64,000 nt of DNA, from assembly GCA_963702665.1 (NCBI GenBank), contig CAVPDP010000019.1, forward strand, positions 331,023-395,022, read 5' to 3'. Under the pieces are notes generated by a model. It was not told the DNA's origin. It made no database searches and saw only the letters and a program-made list of their open reading frames with translations. Shown one piece after another: positions 46,464 to 57,009 of the stretch. This DNA comes from an uncultured Chloroflexia bacterium. GTDB taxonomy: Bacteria; Chloroflexota; Ktedonobacteria; Ktedonobacterales; JADMIN01. The position numbers were made by a program, and so were the translations under genes. How positions within the stretch are numbered: the stretch's first letter is position 1; every line of letters begins with the position of its first letter.

Positions 46464-47819
46464 ATGTTCAAGAGGGTGCTGATCGCCAACCGAGGCGAGA
46501 TCGCGTTGCGGGTGCTGCGCGCCTGTCGTGAGCTGGGCGTGGAGACAGTAATCGCCTATTCCGAGGCGGATCGAGACTCGCTGCCTGTTCGTCTCGCCGA
46601 TGACCGCATCTGTATTGGCCCTGGCCCCAGCAGCAAAAGTTACCTGCATATTCCCAACCTGATTAGCGCGGCAATGCTCAGAAGCTGCGACGCCATTCAC
46701 CCCGGCTATGGTTTCCTCTCCGAGAATCCCAGTTTCGCCGAGATATGCGCTGACTGCGGCATTACCTTTATCGGGCCGCCACCAGCCGCGATGGTGCAGA
46801 TGGGTGACAAGGTGCAGGCGCGTGATGCGATGATGCGCGGTGGGCTGCCGATGTTGCCGGGCACCGATATCTTGCGCTCTGTCGGCGAGGGCGTCGCGGC
46901 GGCGTCACGCATCGGCTTCCCGCTGATGCTGAAGGCGGCGGCTGGTGGCGGTGGGCGCGGCATTCGGCTGGTGCGGCGTCTCGAAGAATTCGACCACGTC
47001 TTCACCACCGCGCAGAGTGAGGTGCGCGAAGCCTTCCATGATGACGGCCTCTACGTCGAGAAATATCTTGGCCGCGCCAAGCATGTTGAGGTGCAGGTGC
47101 TCTGCGACAACTATGGCAATGGCGTTCATCTGGGCGAGCGTAACTGTTCGGTACAGCGCCGTCACCAGAAGCTGATTGAAGAGTCGCCTAGCCCTGGCCT
47201 TCCACCCGCGCTCCGGCGCGAAATGGGTCAGCGAGCCATCGCGGCGGCCCTGGCCATCGGCTATCGCGGCGTCGGCACGCTCGAATTTCTCGTCGATGAA
47301 GAGAACAACTACTATTTCATGGAAATGAACACGCGCCTCCAGGTGGAGCATCCCGTGACCGAGTGGGTGACGGGCATCGATCTCGTGCAGGCGCAGCTAC
47401 GGGTTGCGGCGGGCGAGCGGCTCTGGTTCCAGCAGGACGATGTGGAATTGCGCGGGCACGCCATCGAATTCCGCATCACCGCCGAAGACCCGTCCTATGA
47501 TTTTCGCCCGCAGACGGGAATCATCGAGCAATATCTGCCGCCGAGCGGCCCAGGCACGCGGGTGGATTCGCATCTGTTCCTGGGCTACGAGGTGCCGCCG
47601 CACTACGACTCGCTGCTGGCGAAGCTGATCGTCTGGGCGCCATCGCGCCCGGAGGCCATCGCTCGTGGCAGGCGCGCGCTGTTGGAATACGAGATCAAGG
47701 GGGTTCCCACGACGATCCCATTCCATCTCAAGTTCCTGGAACATGACATATTCCTGCGCGGAGAGACCTATACCAACTTCCTCGCGGAACATGGTGAGGA
47801 ATTCGGGATTAAGGGTTGA
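46464..47819 (+). CDS. accC: acetyl-CoA carboxylase, biotin carboxylase subunit
   Basis: MFKRVLIANRGEIALRVLRACRELG, HPGYGFLSEN, ATP-grasp GGGGRGIRLV, EMNTRLQVEHPVTE. Confidence 0.93.
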   Translation: MFKRVLIANRGEIALRVLRACRELGVETVIAYSEADRDSLPVRLADDRICIGPGPSSKSYLHIPNLISAAMLRSCDAIHPGYGFLSENPSFAEICADCGITFIGPPPAAMVQMGDKVQARDAMMRGGLPMLPGTDILRSVGEGVAAASRIGFPLMLKAAAGGGGRGIRLVRRLEEFDHVFTTAQSEVREAFHDDGLYVEKYLGRAKHVEVQVLCDNYGNGVHLGERNCSVQRRHQKLIEESPSPGLPPALRREMGQRAIAAALAIGYRGVGTLEFLVDEENNYYFMEMNTRLQVEHPVTEWVTGIDLVQAQLRVAAGERLWFQQDDVELRGHAIEFRITAEDPSYDFRPQTGIIEQYLPPSGPGTRVDSHLFLGYEVPPHYDSLLAKLIVWAPSRPEAIARGRRALLEYEIKGVPTTIPFHLKFLEHDIFLRGETYTNFLAEHGEEFGIKG

Positions 47820-47970
47820 TGGGTGAAATCCGCCGAACGCTTGAAGCAATTTGATACAATAGCCGTATGCCACAGCGCGCCACAAGCGCCAATGGCCCGA
47901 CAATCGGATAACCGGCCTGCGCTGTCCCTGGGGTGGAGCGCGAACAGACTTGCTGAGAGGTAACAACCAT

Positions 47971-49212
47971 ATGACCAGGCGCGTCGTAGTGACCGGCATC
48001 GGGCTGGTTTCGCCCGTTGGCAACGATACCCCCTCAACCTGGAAATCGCTATGCGAGGGAAAGTCTGGCGGCGGCACGATTACCGTCTTCGATGCCAGCA
48101 ACCAGGAAGCGCGTATCGCCTGTGAGGTGAAGGGTTTCGATCCGTTGTTGTACATGGATCGCAAAGAGGTTCGGCGCAACGACCGCTTTGTCCATTATGC
48201 GATGGCCGCGAGCAAACAGGCGCTTGCGGATGCCGAGTTTACCATCGATGAGGAGAACGCCGAAGATGTCGGCGTCATCATCGGCTCTGGCATTGGTGGC
48301 CTGACCGCCTGCCATGACCAGTTCAAAGTGCTCTTTGATCGTGGCCCCGACCGAGTTAGCCCATTCTTCATCACGATGTTCATTACCGATATCGCGGCGG
48401 GCTTCATCTCGATGCAGACGGGCGCGAAGGGACCGAACTTTGCCACGGTGTCCGCCTGCGCCACCAGCGCCAATGCAATCGGTGAGGCGGCGGAGATCAT
48501 CCGCCGTGGCGATGCCGTCGCCATGATCGCGGGTGGCAGTGAGTGCAGCATTACGCCGATGGGCATCGCGTCCTTCGCCAGCATGCACGCCCTCTCGCGC
48601 AACAATGATGACCCTGACCACGCCAGCCGCCCGTTCGACGCTACCCGTGATGGCTTCGTCATGGGTGATGGCGCGGGGGTGTTGATCCTGGAAGATGAAG
48701 AATACGCGCGCAAGCGCGGCGCTCGTATCTACGCCGAGATTGTCAGTTATGCCAGTACGGCGGACGCCTACCACATCACTGAGCCTGCCCCCGGCGGCGC
48801 TGGCCTGGCGCGCGCTATCCGCAAGGCGCTGGCGAAAGGCGGTATCGCCACCGACCAGGTGGACTACGTCAATGCGCATGGCACCGCGACACTCTACAAT
48901 GATCGCAACGAGACGGCGGCGCTCAAGACCGTCTTCGGCGATCATGCGCACAAGCTGGCGGTAAGCTCGACCAAGTCGATGATTGGGCATACGCTGGGCG
49001 CGGCTGGTGGCATCGAGGCGGGCGTCACGGCGCTCACGCTGCACACCGGCACGATCACGCCGACGATCAATCTCACCCATCCCGACCCAGACTGTGACCT
49101 CGACTACGTGCCCAATGAGGCGCGCACGACCCATCCGAAGATTGCCATCTCGAACTCGATGGGCTTTGGTGGTCACAACGCCGTGCTGGTGATGCGTCGC
49201 TACGACAGCTAA
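47971..49212 (+). CDS. fabF: beta-ketoacyl-ACP synthase II
   Basis: ATG 47971. RRVVVTGIGLVSPVGN, active-site ATVSACATSANAIGEA, VNAHGTATLYND, GHTLGAAGGIEA, NSMGFGGHNAVLV. Confidence 0.93.
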   Translation: MTRRVVVTGIGLVSPVGNDTPSTWKSLCEGKSGGGTITVFDASNQEARIACEVKGFDPLLYMDRKEVRRNDRFVHYAMAASKQALADAEFTIDEENAEDVGVIIGSGIGGLTACHDQFKVLFDRGPDRVSPFFITMFITDIAAGFISMQTGAKGPNFATVSACATSANAIGEAAEIIRRGDAVAMIAGGSECSITPMGIASFASMHALSRNNDDPDHASRPFDATRDGFVMGDGAGVLILEDEEYARKRGARIYAEIVSYASTADAYHITEPAPGGAGLARAIRKALAKGGIATDQVDYVNAHGTATLYNDRNETAALKTVFGDHAHKLAVSSTKSMIGHTLGAAGGIEAGVTALTLHTGTITPTINLTHPDPDCDLDYVPNEARTTHPKIAISNSMGFGGHNAVLVMRRYDS

Positions 49213-49255
49213 TAGAGATCGCAAGACATGGCCGTGGCACAGCCAGTGTGCAATT

Positions 49256-49747
49256 TTGTATGTAGAACAGAGGAGGCAACTTACGGAACGCCAATCGCTT
49301 GTCAGCCGGGTAAAGGCGCTGGCAGAGGCACTCGAAGGCACTGATATCAGCGAACTTGACCTCACCGAAGACGGCGTGCGCATTGCGCTACGGCGCCGCC
49401 TCGATGCGCCTATTGGTGTTCAGACTGTGCAGGCTGCCTCCTCGGTTCGTACGGTTCGCCCACAGCGCGCCGCAGCCATCGCACCCGCGCCCGACCCGGC
49501 CGAGGCGGGTGTTGCCATCATCGCGCCGCTTACTGGCGTGTTTTATACCGCTTCATCACCGAGCACTGATCCATTTATCACGATTGGCGGCATGGTGCAG
49601 GCGGGAGCGGTCGTGTGTATCGTCGAGGCCATGAAAGTCTTCAACGAGATCAAGAGCGAGGTTGCGGGTATCGTCACCTCGATTCCCGCAGCGAACGGCC
49701 AGCTTGTCCAGAGGGGCGATGCGCTCGTGCGGATCAAGCCGCTCTAA
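49256..49747 (+). CDS. accB: acetyl-CoA carboxylase biotin carboxyl carrier protein
   Basis: C-terminal biotinyl domain VCIVEAMKVFNEIKSEVAGIVTSI. The start is unclear: the track uses TTG 49256, but a strong AGGAGG at 49272-49277 has no canonical start at the right spacing. Confidence 0.8.
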   Translation: MYVEQRRQLTERQSLVSRVKALAEALEGTDISELDLTEDGVRIALRRRLDAPIGVQTVQAASSVRTVRPQRAAAIAPAPDPAEAGVAIIAPLTGVFYTASSPSTDPFITIGGMVQAGAVVCIVEAMKVFNEIKSEVAGIVTSIPAANGQLVQRGDALVRIKPL

Positions 49748-49766
49748 TGCCTGAAGTGGCGCTACG

Positions 49767-51459
49767 ATGACAACTCCACTCGAACACCCAACGCCCGCGT
49801 CGACAGCAGCGAGCGCCACGACTCGCGAGTGGCTAGAAGAGTGGTTGGGGCGGTTCTGGCGGACGCTGCGGACACCAGAAGGCCAGCGGCGGCTCTCGTG
49901 GGCGCTGGTGCTGTTGCTCGTCGTGATCGATAGTATCCTCGTCTGCCAGCATAGCATCGCGCGCTACCAGACCTATCACGCCGACGCCTTTGATCTTGGC
50001 AATATGAATCAGGCCGTCTGGAATACCCTGCACGGCCACCCCTTCCGCTTCACCAATCGTGGGCTAGACTGGTTCGGGCCGCCGACACGTCTCGGCATCC
50101 ATGTCGAGCCTATCCTGGTGTTGATCGCGCCGTTCTACCTCATCCATGAGGGGCCTGAGACCCTGATCGTGATCCAGAACGTGGCGCTGGCGCTCGGCGC
50201 GATTCCACTGTTTCTGCTCAGCCTGCGCCGCCTGCCGGGTCTGCCGCTGCTCGGCGTCGCTTTTGTCGCCTCGTATCTACTCGCGCCGGAGTTTCTGGGC
50301 GCCGCGCTCTGGGACTTCCATAGCGTTGCGCTGGCGACGCCCCTGCTCATCCTCGCGATCTGGGCGCTCGACGCCGGGCGGCTGCGCATCTTCGTCGTGG
50401 CGGCGATTCTGGCCGCGCTCACCAAAGAGGATGTGGCGCTCTCGCTGGCGCTGCTTGGCCTGCTCATCATCGTTTGGAAGAAACGCCCGGCCTTTGGTCT
50501 GGCGGTGACGCTGCTCTCAGTCGCGTATGCCGTGCTTGTGCTTCGCCGTCGTGCTGCCACACTTCAACGGTGGTATCTCCGGCGGCAACAACTTTTGGTA
50601 TCGCTATTCCTGGCTCGGCGGTTCGGCTGGCGCCGCGCTCAAAAACATCCTGAAGAATCCCCTGCTGCCCTTCACCATTCTCGACGCCGACCGCTTTGGC
50701 TACCTGGCGATGCTCCTGCGTACCGGGGGCGGGCTGGGCATCTTCATGCCCGTGCTCTGGCTCTGCGCGTTGCCAGAGTTGGCGGTCAACATTTTGAGCG
50801 CCCACGTCGAGCAGTATAGTGGCTTCTTTCAATATAACGCCGTAATCCTCGCCTACATGATGCCCGCCTCGATCTATGGCGTCGCGGCGTTGCTGGCGGC
50901 GCGTCGGCGCGTCGAGCAGGGCGAGCCTTCGCCCCGGCCAGAGCGTCTCGCGGAGACGGCGCTACGGGCGCGCATCGTGGCGCTGGCGCGGCTGCTGGCC
51001 TGGGGGTGGCGTTGGCTCCTGGAGCGTATCCCGGTACCCTCGCGTTGGATTGCGCCGCTGGTGATCGTCTTGTTGCTGGTGACTGGCTGGTGGAATCTGA
51101 CGGCGACGGCTGGTGGGCTTATCGGGTCATTTTGGCATGCTGGCGACAGGCCGATCCCCTATCAGGCCGAGGTGAACACGCTGCTGGATCGTGTGCCACA
51201 ATCGGCCTCGGTCGCGTCCACTGATTCGTTGAATCCGCGCCTCAGCAGTCGCTATACCATCTATCTGATGCCCGACCCACAATCGTACCTTGCCGACTAT
51301 GTGGCCGTAGATATTCCGAATGCCATCTCCATCTCACAGGCGAGTGACCGACAGATGTTGGGAATCATGTTGCAGTCGGGTCACTACGAGATCGTTGGCC
51401 GCGCAGGCGATGTCATGCTGCTTCATCTTGTAGGCGCGCCAATCGCTCCCGGCGGGTGA
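49767..51459 (+). pseudogene. DUF2079-family polytopic membrane protein, split by a frameshift near 50535-50550
   Basis: SIARYQTYHADAFDLGNMNQAVWNTLHG...HVEPILVLIAPFY... continues after ...SVAYAVLV in ORF 50527..51459 (CFAVVLPHFNGG...). The junction lies at a gtgctt gtgctt duplication. Confidence 0.7.
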
Positions 51460-51507
51460 GCCTGGGGCCAACGTGAGCCAGGGCAGAGTCCAGGGTGGGA
51501 GGATGTT

Positions 51508-52293
51508 ATGCCAGGGTTAAGCGAAGGTATACAGCGCCTGCTGGATACGATCTATCCGCCACGGTGCGTCGTCTGCCAGCGCATGGGCGCCGTCGTGTGC
51601 GCGCAGTGCCTGAACAGCATGCATCCGCCAGACGTGCCTCTCTGCACCCATTGCGGCGCGACCATCCTCAATGCGGGATATTCCGCGCCCGCTCTCTGCC
51701 CAGACTGCGCCGCTGGCCGTGGCCCGATGCATCTCGATGGCGTACGGGTTGCGGCAGCCTACGCGGGCGCCGCGCGAACTGCGGTACTCGCGCTCAAGTT
51801 TGGTGGCGAGCGGCGGGTTGCCGAGCGATTGGCGACGTTGATGTCAATCCCGTATCAATGCGAAATCCATTTCGCCGACATGGTGATCCCCGTGCCATTG
51901 CATACCAGTCGCCAGCGCAAACGCGGCTACAACCAGGCTGAATTGCTGGCGCGCGCCTTCGCCCGTCTTCAAGGGCTGCCCGTGCGCACCGATATCTTGA
52001 AACGCGCGCGCGCGACCGAGGCGCAGACACGTCTCTCGCGCGTCGAGCGCCGTCACAACGTGGCTGGCGCGTTTGCGCTCACCTCGCCCACAGCCGCCGC
52101 CGTCGTCATCGGCAAACGCATTGTGCTGGTGGATGATGTCACGACAACTGGCAGCACCATCGATGCCGCCGCCGAGCCGCTACGAGCCGCCGGAGCCACA
52201 TCGGTATGGGGGCTGGCCTTTGCGCGGCCAGGATTGGGCGTATCTGACGCACACGATACAGGCGAAGCACGCGACACACGCGACGCATCGTGA
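51508..52293 (+). CDS. comF: ComF-family phosphoribosyltransferase-domain protein
   Basis: N-terminal Cys pairs (CVVCQ...CAQC; CTHCG...CPDC), then RKRGYNQAELLA and the PRTase motif IVLVDDVTTTGSTI. Confidence 0.8.
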   Translation: MPGLSEGIQRLLDTIYPPRCVVCQRMGAVVCAQCLNSMHPPDVPLCTHCGATILNAGYSAPALCPDCAAGRGPMHLDGVRVAAAYAGAARTAVLALKFGGERRVAERLATLMSIPYQCEIHFADMVIPVPLHTSRQRKRGYNQAELLARAFARLQGLPVRTDILKRARATEAQTRLSRVERRHNVAGAFALTSPTAAAVVIGKRIVLVDDVTTTGSTIDAAAEPLRAAGATSVWGLAFARPGLGVSDAHDTGEARDTRDAS

Positions 52294-52396
52294 CATGGGC
52301 TGGCAGCGGTGGGTGTGTCATGCGTATGCTGGTGTGAGCCGCGAGCAATCTCGTGTGAAAGCCATACCTGGACACCCAGTGTGAGAGGAGCATGTC

Positions 52397-53768
52397 ATGA
52401 CGCTCGCTGCGCTTCCCGCTGAGCAGGTCGAGCGCCTGGTGTTATTGCTCATCGTCTCGCTCGTGGTTGCGCTGATTGCCCGCCAACTGCGCTTCCCGTA
52501 TACGCTGGCGCTGGTGCTGGTGGGCCTGATTCTGGGACTGCTCCCCTTCGTGCCCTCGGTGAAGTTCGACCCAGATGTTGTGCTCTTGATCTTCATTCCC
52601 GCTCTGCTCTTCGAGGGCGCCTGGAATGTCAGCGTCTCGGTGTTGCTGAGAAACTGGCTGGCGGTTCTGTTGCTGGCGGTACCAGGCCTGCTGATCTCGT
52701 TGCTGGTGGCCGCGGCGGCGTTGCATTTCGGTGGTGGACTGACGTGGCTTGAGGCGCTGCTGCTCGGCGCGATCATCTCGCCGACCGACCCGGTGGCCAT
52801 CGTAGCGTTGTTCCGGCGGCTGGGAATGGGCGAGCGGATGCGCACCATCATCGAGGGCGAGAGCCTCTTCAATGACGGCGTTGGCGCTGCGGTCTATACG
52901 ATTGTGCTTGGTCTGCTCCTCGTGGCGACCGGCAATTCGGCTCAGGCGCCTGGCGGTTGGCAGGTGAGTCTGGAGGCAGTCTGGCTCTTCATCGGTGGCC
53001 CGGTGCTTGGCTTCATCGTTGGCTTCACCCTTTCGCGGCTGATGCGCCACTTCGATGACTACCTGATCGAGATGACCATCACCTTTAGCGCCGCATATGG
53101 TGTCTATCTGCTGGGCCAGGTTTTGCATACATCTGGCTTGTTGGCGGTCGTCGTCGCTGGTCTTACACTCGGCAGCTATGGCCGCCAACGCAGCATGTCT
53201 GAGCGTACGCGGGTGGTGGTGGATGACGTCTGGGAGTTCATCGGTTACATTGCCAACTCGCTGCTCTTTCTGCTGCTGGGCATGCAGATTGGCGGTTCGC
53301 ACATCGGTCCCGCGTTTGTGCCGCTGCTCTGGGCGATTGGCGGCGTTATCGTTGGGCGCGCGGTGATGATCTTCCTGATGCTGACCCTACACGATGGCAT
53401 TGCCCGGCGCTATGCGCATTATCCGCCGCCGCGAACAGAAGAGTCTGCGCAGTTCGCTGATGCCGATACCCCGTAGCTGGCGCCCGATCATCCTGCTTTC
53501 GGGACTGCGCGGCGCGCTCTCGCTGGCGCTGGTGCTGAGCCTGCCCCATGCGTTGCCCAATACCAGCCTCTACGAATTTGTCACCTATGGCGTAGTGCTG
53601 GTGACATTGGTGGGCCAGGGCATCGCCATGCGGGTCATCCTGCCGCCCTGGTCGCGCAGATATGCGTCGGTTGAGCCAGCGCCAGCCACGCTGCAATCAA
53701 CATCGCCCGCCAGAGTTGAGTGGCTGACAGCGGCGGCGGTGAACCGCTATAGTATCATGGTGTGGTGA
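52397..53768 (+). pseudogene. CPA1-family Na+/H+ antiporter (NhaP-like), split by a frameshift near 53380-53400
   Basis: ORF 52397..53476 carries the TM core (ISPTDPVAIVALFRRLG, ESLFNDGVGAAVY). ORF 53394..53768 carries ...SWRPIILLSGLRGALSLALVLSLP... in another frame. Confidence 0.75.
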
Positions 53769-53816
53769 GGAGACAGTCCCCGGCGTATTCTTTCGCCGGC
53801 AGAAAGGATACACCGA

Positions 53817-55112
53817 GTGAGCGCATCTGAGACGACGAACGCGCCGAGCGGCGAGTTAGCCCCGAATTACTTCATGCACGTCTTCCCCAATGGCCTGCGG
53901 ATGGTCGGGCAGCGGATGCCGAGCCTGGCGTCTGTGACCTTCGGGGTGCAGCTAGACGCTGGTATACGCAATGAGCCAGAAGACCGGCTTGGCCTGACCT
54001 ATCTGCTCTCGGAGATGATGTTCCAGGGGACGGAACACCGCTCGGTGCGCCAGCTTACCGAGGAGTTTGAGGCGCTGGGCGCGCGCAAGGGCGGTGAGTC
54101 AGGCATCGAGTTTGCCCGATACTCCGCGCAGATTGTTGGCAATCGCCTGGATACCGCCCTCGATCTCTTTGCCGATGTCTTGCTCTATCCGGCGATGCCC
54201 GAGGAAGAACTGGGCCAGATGCGCGCCGTGCAGTTACAGGAGATTCGTCGCCGCGACGATGAGCCGATGCGGCGTATCTTCGACCTGGCGCGCGAGCGCT
54301 ACTATATCGGCTCGCCACTCGGACGCCGCTCCCTCGGCACGCAGGAAACCGTCGAGGCGATCACGCGCGATGATCTGCGCGCTTTCTGGCAGGCGCGCTA
54401 TCACCCGCAGGGCACGGTGCTCTCAATCGCGGGTGATTTCGACTGGGATGCCGCCGTGGCGCGCGTGGGCGAGTTGTTCGGCGCCTGGAGCGGCGCCGCG
54501 CCCGCCGCGACGACTGCCGACCCACATCCCGTCTCGTCGGTATTTGTCGAGCCGCAGGAAGGCAATCAGCAGCATATCGCGATGGTGTTTCCGTTCCCGG
54601 CCTACGGTGATCCCGACTATTACGCCGCCTCGGTCGTCACTGAGATTTTTGGAGGCGGCATGACATCGCGTCTCTTCCGCGAGGTGCGCGAGAAGCGCGG
54701 GCTGGTCTATTCGGTGGCGGCGATGTTCGCGCCAAACGGTGGGACGGGCGCGGGCTTCCTCTACGCGGGCACGACGCCGGAGAAAGCGCCAGAGACGGTC
54801 AAAGTTATGCTGGATGAGCTGGCCTTGCTGCGCGAACAGGGCGTGACCGAAGATGAACTGGAGCGCGCCCGGGTGCAGCTCAAGAGCGAGATGGTGATGC
54901 GCGGCGAAAGCTCGGCGGCGCGGATGGGGTCGCTGCTGCGCTCGTGGTGGTTCGAGGGGCGATTGACGACGATCCAGGAGCTAAAAGAGGCTATCGATGG
55001 CGTTAGCCGTGACCAGATCATGCATCTGCTCGAACGTTTCCCACTCACCGATCCGCTGGTGCGGGTCGCCATCGGCCCACGCCCGGCTGAAGAGCTATTC
55101 CCCGGCGCGTGA
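53817..55112 (+). CDS. M16 (pitrilysin)-family peptidase-like protein lacking the HxxEH zinc motif
   Basis: GTG start. GLTYLLSEMMFQGTEHRS occupies the place of G.aHflEHmlFKGT (H, E, H become Y, S, E). The remainder is a typical two-domain M16 fold (...R.YYIGSPLGR...). Confidence 0.75.
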   Translation: MSASETTNAPSGELAPNYFMHVFPNGLRMVGQRMPSLASVTFGVQLDAGIRNEPEDRLGLTYLLSEMMFQGTEHRSVRQLTEEFEALGARKGGESGIEFARYSAQIVGNRLDTALDLFADVLLYPAMPEEELGQMRAVQLQEIRRRDDEPMRRIFDLARERYYIGSPLGRRSLGTQETVEAITRDDLRAFWQARYHPQGTVLSIAGDFDWDAAVARVGELFGAWSGAAPAATTADPHPVSSVFVEPQEGNQQHIAMVFPFPAYGDPDYYAASVVTEIFGGGMTSRLFREVREKRGLVYSVAAMFAPNGGTGAGFLYAGTTPEKAPETVKVMLDELALLREQGVTEDELERARVQLKSEMVMRGESSAARMGSLLRSWWFEGRLTTIQELKEAIDGVSRDQIMHLLERFPLTDPLVRVAIGPRPAEELFPGA

Positions 55113-55216
55113 CGCGGGCACAGCGAATTGCCCGGTTGTGGTATACTGAAGCGTATCGATGCGCCATCACACAGCGCTTTCCAACAAAAACAACCCATTG
55201 AGGAGTGAGAAGAATC

Positions 55217-55405
55217 ATGGCGAAAAAGGGCGAGCTTTCCAAGACAGCGCGCGCCTCGCTGGCGCAGCGCGATGATAAAGACTTTATGACCAGCCGCGTC
55301 TGCGAGAAGTGCGGCGAGCCTATCATGCTCAAAGAACTCCAGGCAGTGAAGGTCTTTGGCCAGGGTATGCAATATTACCACAAGGAACACTTCAAGCTGG
55401 TGTAG
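55217..55405 (+). CDS. hypothetical small basic protein (62 aa)
   Basis: ATG 55217 follows GAGGAG. The peptide is MAKKGELSKTARASLAQRDDKDFMTSRVCEKCGEPIMLKELQAVKVFGQGMQYYHKEHFKLV. A strong terminator follows. Confidence 0.5.
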   Translation: MAKKGELSKTARASLAQRDDKDFMTSRVCEKCGEPIMLKELQAVKVFGQGMQYYHKEHFKLV

Positions 55406-55427
55406 CGCTGGTCGCACGGCGCCTATC

Positions 55428-55467
55428 ATGCCCCGGAAGGCATATTTTCCGGGGCATTCGTTTTTTT
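55428..55467 (+). terminator. intrinsic terminator
   Basis: An 11-bp perfect stem ATGCCCCGGAA / TTCCGGGGCAT, an 8-nt loop, then tcgttttttt. Confidence 0.88.
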
Positions 55468-55712
55468 ACGCGAGGATGATGCGCATCTAACATGCATAGC
55501 CTACATCTGCCAGAAACATTGACGTTAACGTGAATTACAGGATACAATAAACGCATTGTTCTTATCTTCGTTTCAGCTTATTCTCAGTTTGTGAGGCGGC
55601 TTCGTGGTCTGGGTAAAACATCTCTCTCTTCCTCTTCATCTTTCCTCCTCGCGAGCCAGGCGTCGTCACTTCCGCGAGCGGTAGGGCCGCTGGCGGCGGT
55701 ATCTTCTCGGCA

Positions 55713-56996
55713 TTGCAGTCTCGCAATTATCGTCTCTTCTGGTTCGGCCAGCTCATCTCTGTCACTGGCACCTTTATGCAGAGCACCGCGCAGCAATGGC
55801 TCGTGCTGACACTCAGCTCGAATGCGCTGTCGCTTGGCGTCGTCGGCGCGCTGCAGTTTGGGCCGTTGCTGGTGCTGGGGCCATTCGGCGGCGCAATCGC
55901 TGACCGTTGGCCACGGCGCAATGTGCTGATCGGCACGCAGGTCGCGGCGGGCGTGCTCGCGCTCGCGCTCTTTGCGCTGACCGCGACGGGTGTTGTTCAA
56001 CTGTGGCAAGTCTTCGTGCTGGCGACCCTGCTGGGTCTGGTCAACGCGGTGGATATGCCAACACGCCAGGCCTTCATCAGCGAGATGGTGCCAACCGATA
56101 AACTGCTGAATGCCGTCTCGCTCAACTCGGCGCAGTTCAACGCCTCACGTATCGTCGGGCCAGGCCTCGCGGGCGGCCTGATCGCGCTATTGGGAGGAAC
56201 GCCGCCGCTCTTCCTGTTCAACGGGTTGAGCTATATTGCCGTCATTGTCGGCCTGGTGATGATGCGCGTGGTTGACCTCGTACCCGTGCCACATTCCGAG
56301 CCGCAACACGGTCTGGCGCGACTGCGCGCGATGGGCGATGGCATCCGCTTCGTGCTGGCGCGTCCCAAGTTGCGCATCACTTTCCTGATGATCGCGGTTA
56401 TTGGCACCATGGGCTTTAACTTCAGCGTCCTGTTGCCACTGGAGGCGACGGTCGTCTTGAAGTCGGATGCGGTGGTCTTCGGCCTGCTCAGTTCGGCGCT
56501 GGGCGCGGGCGCGCTCCTTGGCGCGCTGATGCTGGCGCGGCGTAGCGGGGCGCCAACAAATCGCATGCTCGTGAGCATGGCCATCGTCTTCGGGCTGCTG
56601 GAGTCCGCGATGGCGCTGACACGCTCCATACCAATTGCGCTCGTGATGATCGCGGTGACTGGCTACGCCATGAGTTCTTTCTCGGCGTCGGCCAACACCC
56701 GGACGCAGCTTTCCAGTCCGCCAGAGATGCGCGGGCGGGTGATGAGCGTCTACACGATGATCTTTGTTGGCACAACGCCGATTGGCAGCCTGCTCGTCAG
56801 CAGCGTGGCGAGCGCGGCGAGTGTTCCGGTGGCGTTCGTCGTCTCTGGCCTGCCGTGTTTCGCTGTGGCATGTTGGGCCGCGTGGCTGTGGCGCCGACAG
56901 GAGGCCCGCGAAGTGACAGAAGTTGTGCCGGTGGAGACGCCTGAACTCTCGCCAGTGGCAGAGGCGACGGAACGTGAGTTGGAACTGGCTGATTAG
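55713..56996 (+). CDS. MFS transporter (EntS / MFS_3-like, 12 TM)
   Basis: SRNYRLFWFGQLISVTGTFMQSTAQQWLVL..., FGGAIADRWPRR. TTG start; no upstream in-frame ATG or GTG before a stop. Confidence 0.85.
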   Translation: MQSRNYRLFWFGQLISVTGTFMQSTAQQWLVLTLSSNALSLGVVGALQFGPLLVLGPFGGAIADRWPRRNVLIGTQVAAGVLALALFALTATGVVQLWQVFVLATLLGLVNAVDMPTRQAFISEMVPTDKLLNAVSLNSAQFNASRIVGPGLAGGLIALLGGTPPLFLFNGLSYIAVIVGLVMMRVVDLVPVPHSEPQHGLARLRAMGDGIRFVLARPKLRITFLMIAVIGTMGFNFSVLLPLEATVVLKSDAVVFGLLSSALGAGALLGALMLARRSGAPTNRMLVSMAIVFGLLESAMALTRSIPIALVMIAVTGYAMSSFSASANTRTQLSSPPEMRGRVMSVYTMIFVGTTPIGSLLVSSVASAASVPVAFVVSGLPCFAVACWAAWLWRRQEAREVTEVVPVETPELSPVAEATERELELAD

Positions 56997-57009
56997 CAGG
57001 TGAGCGCTG

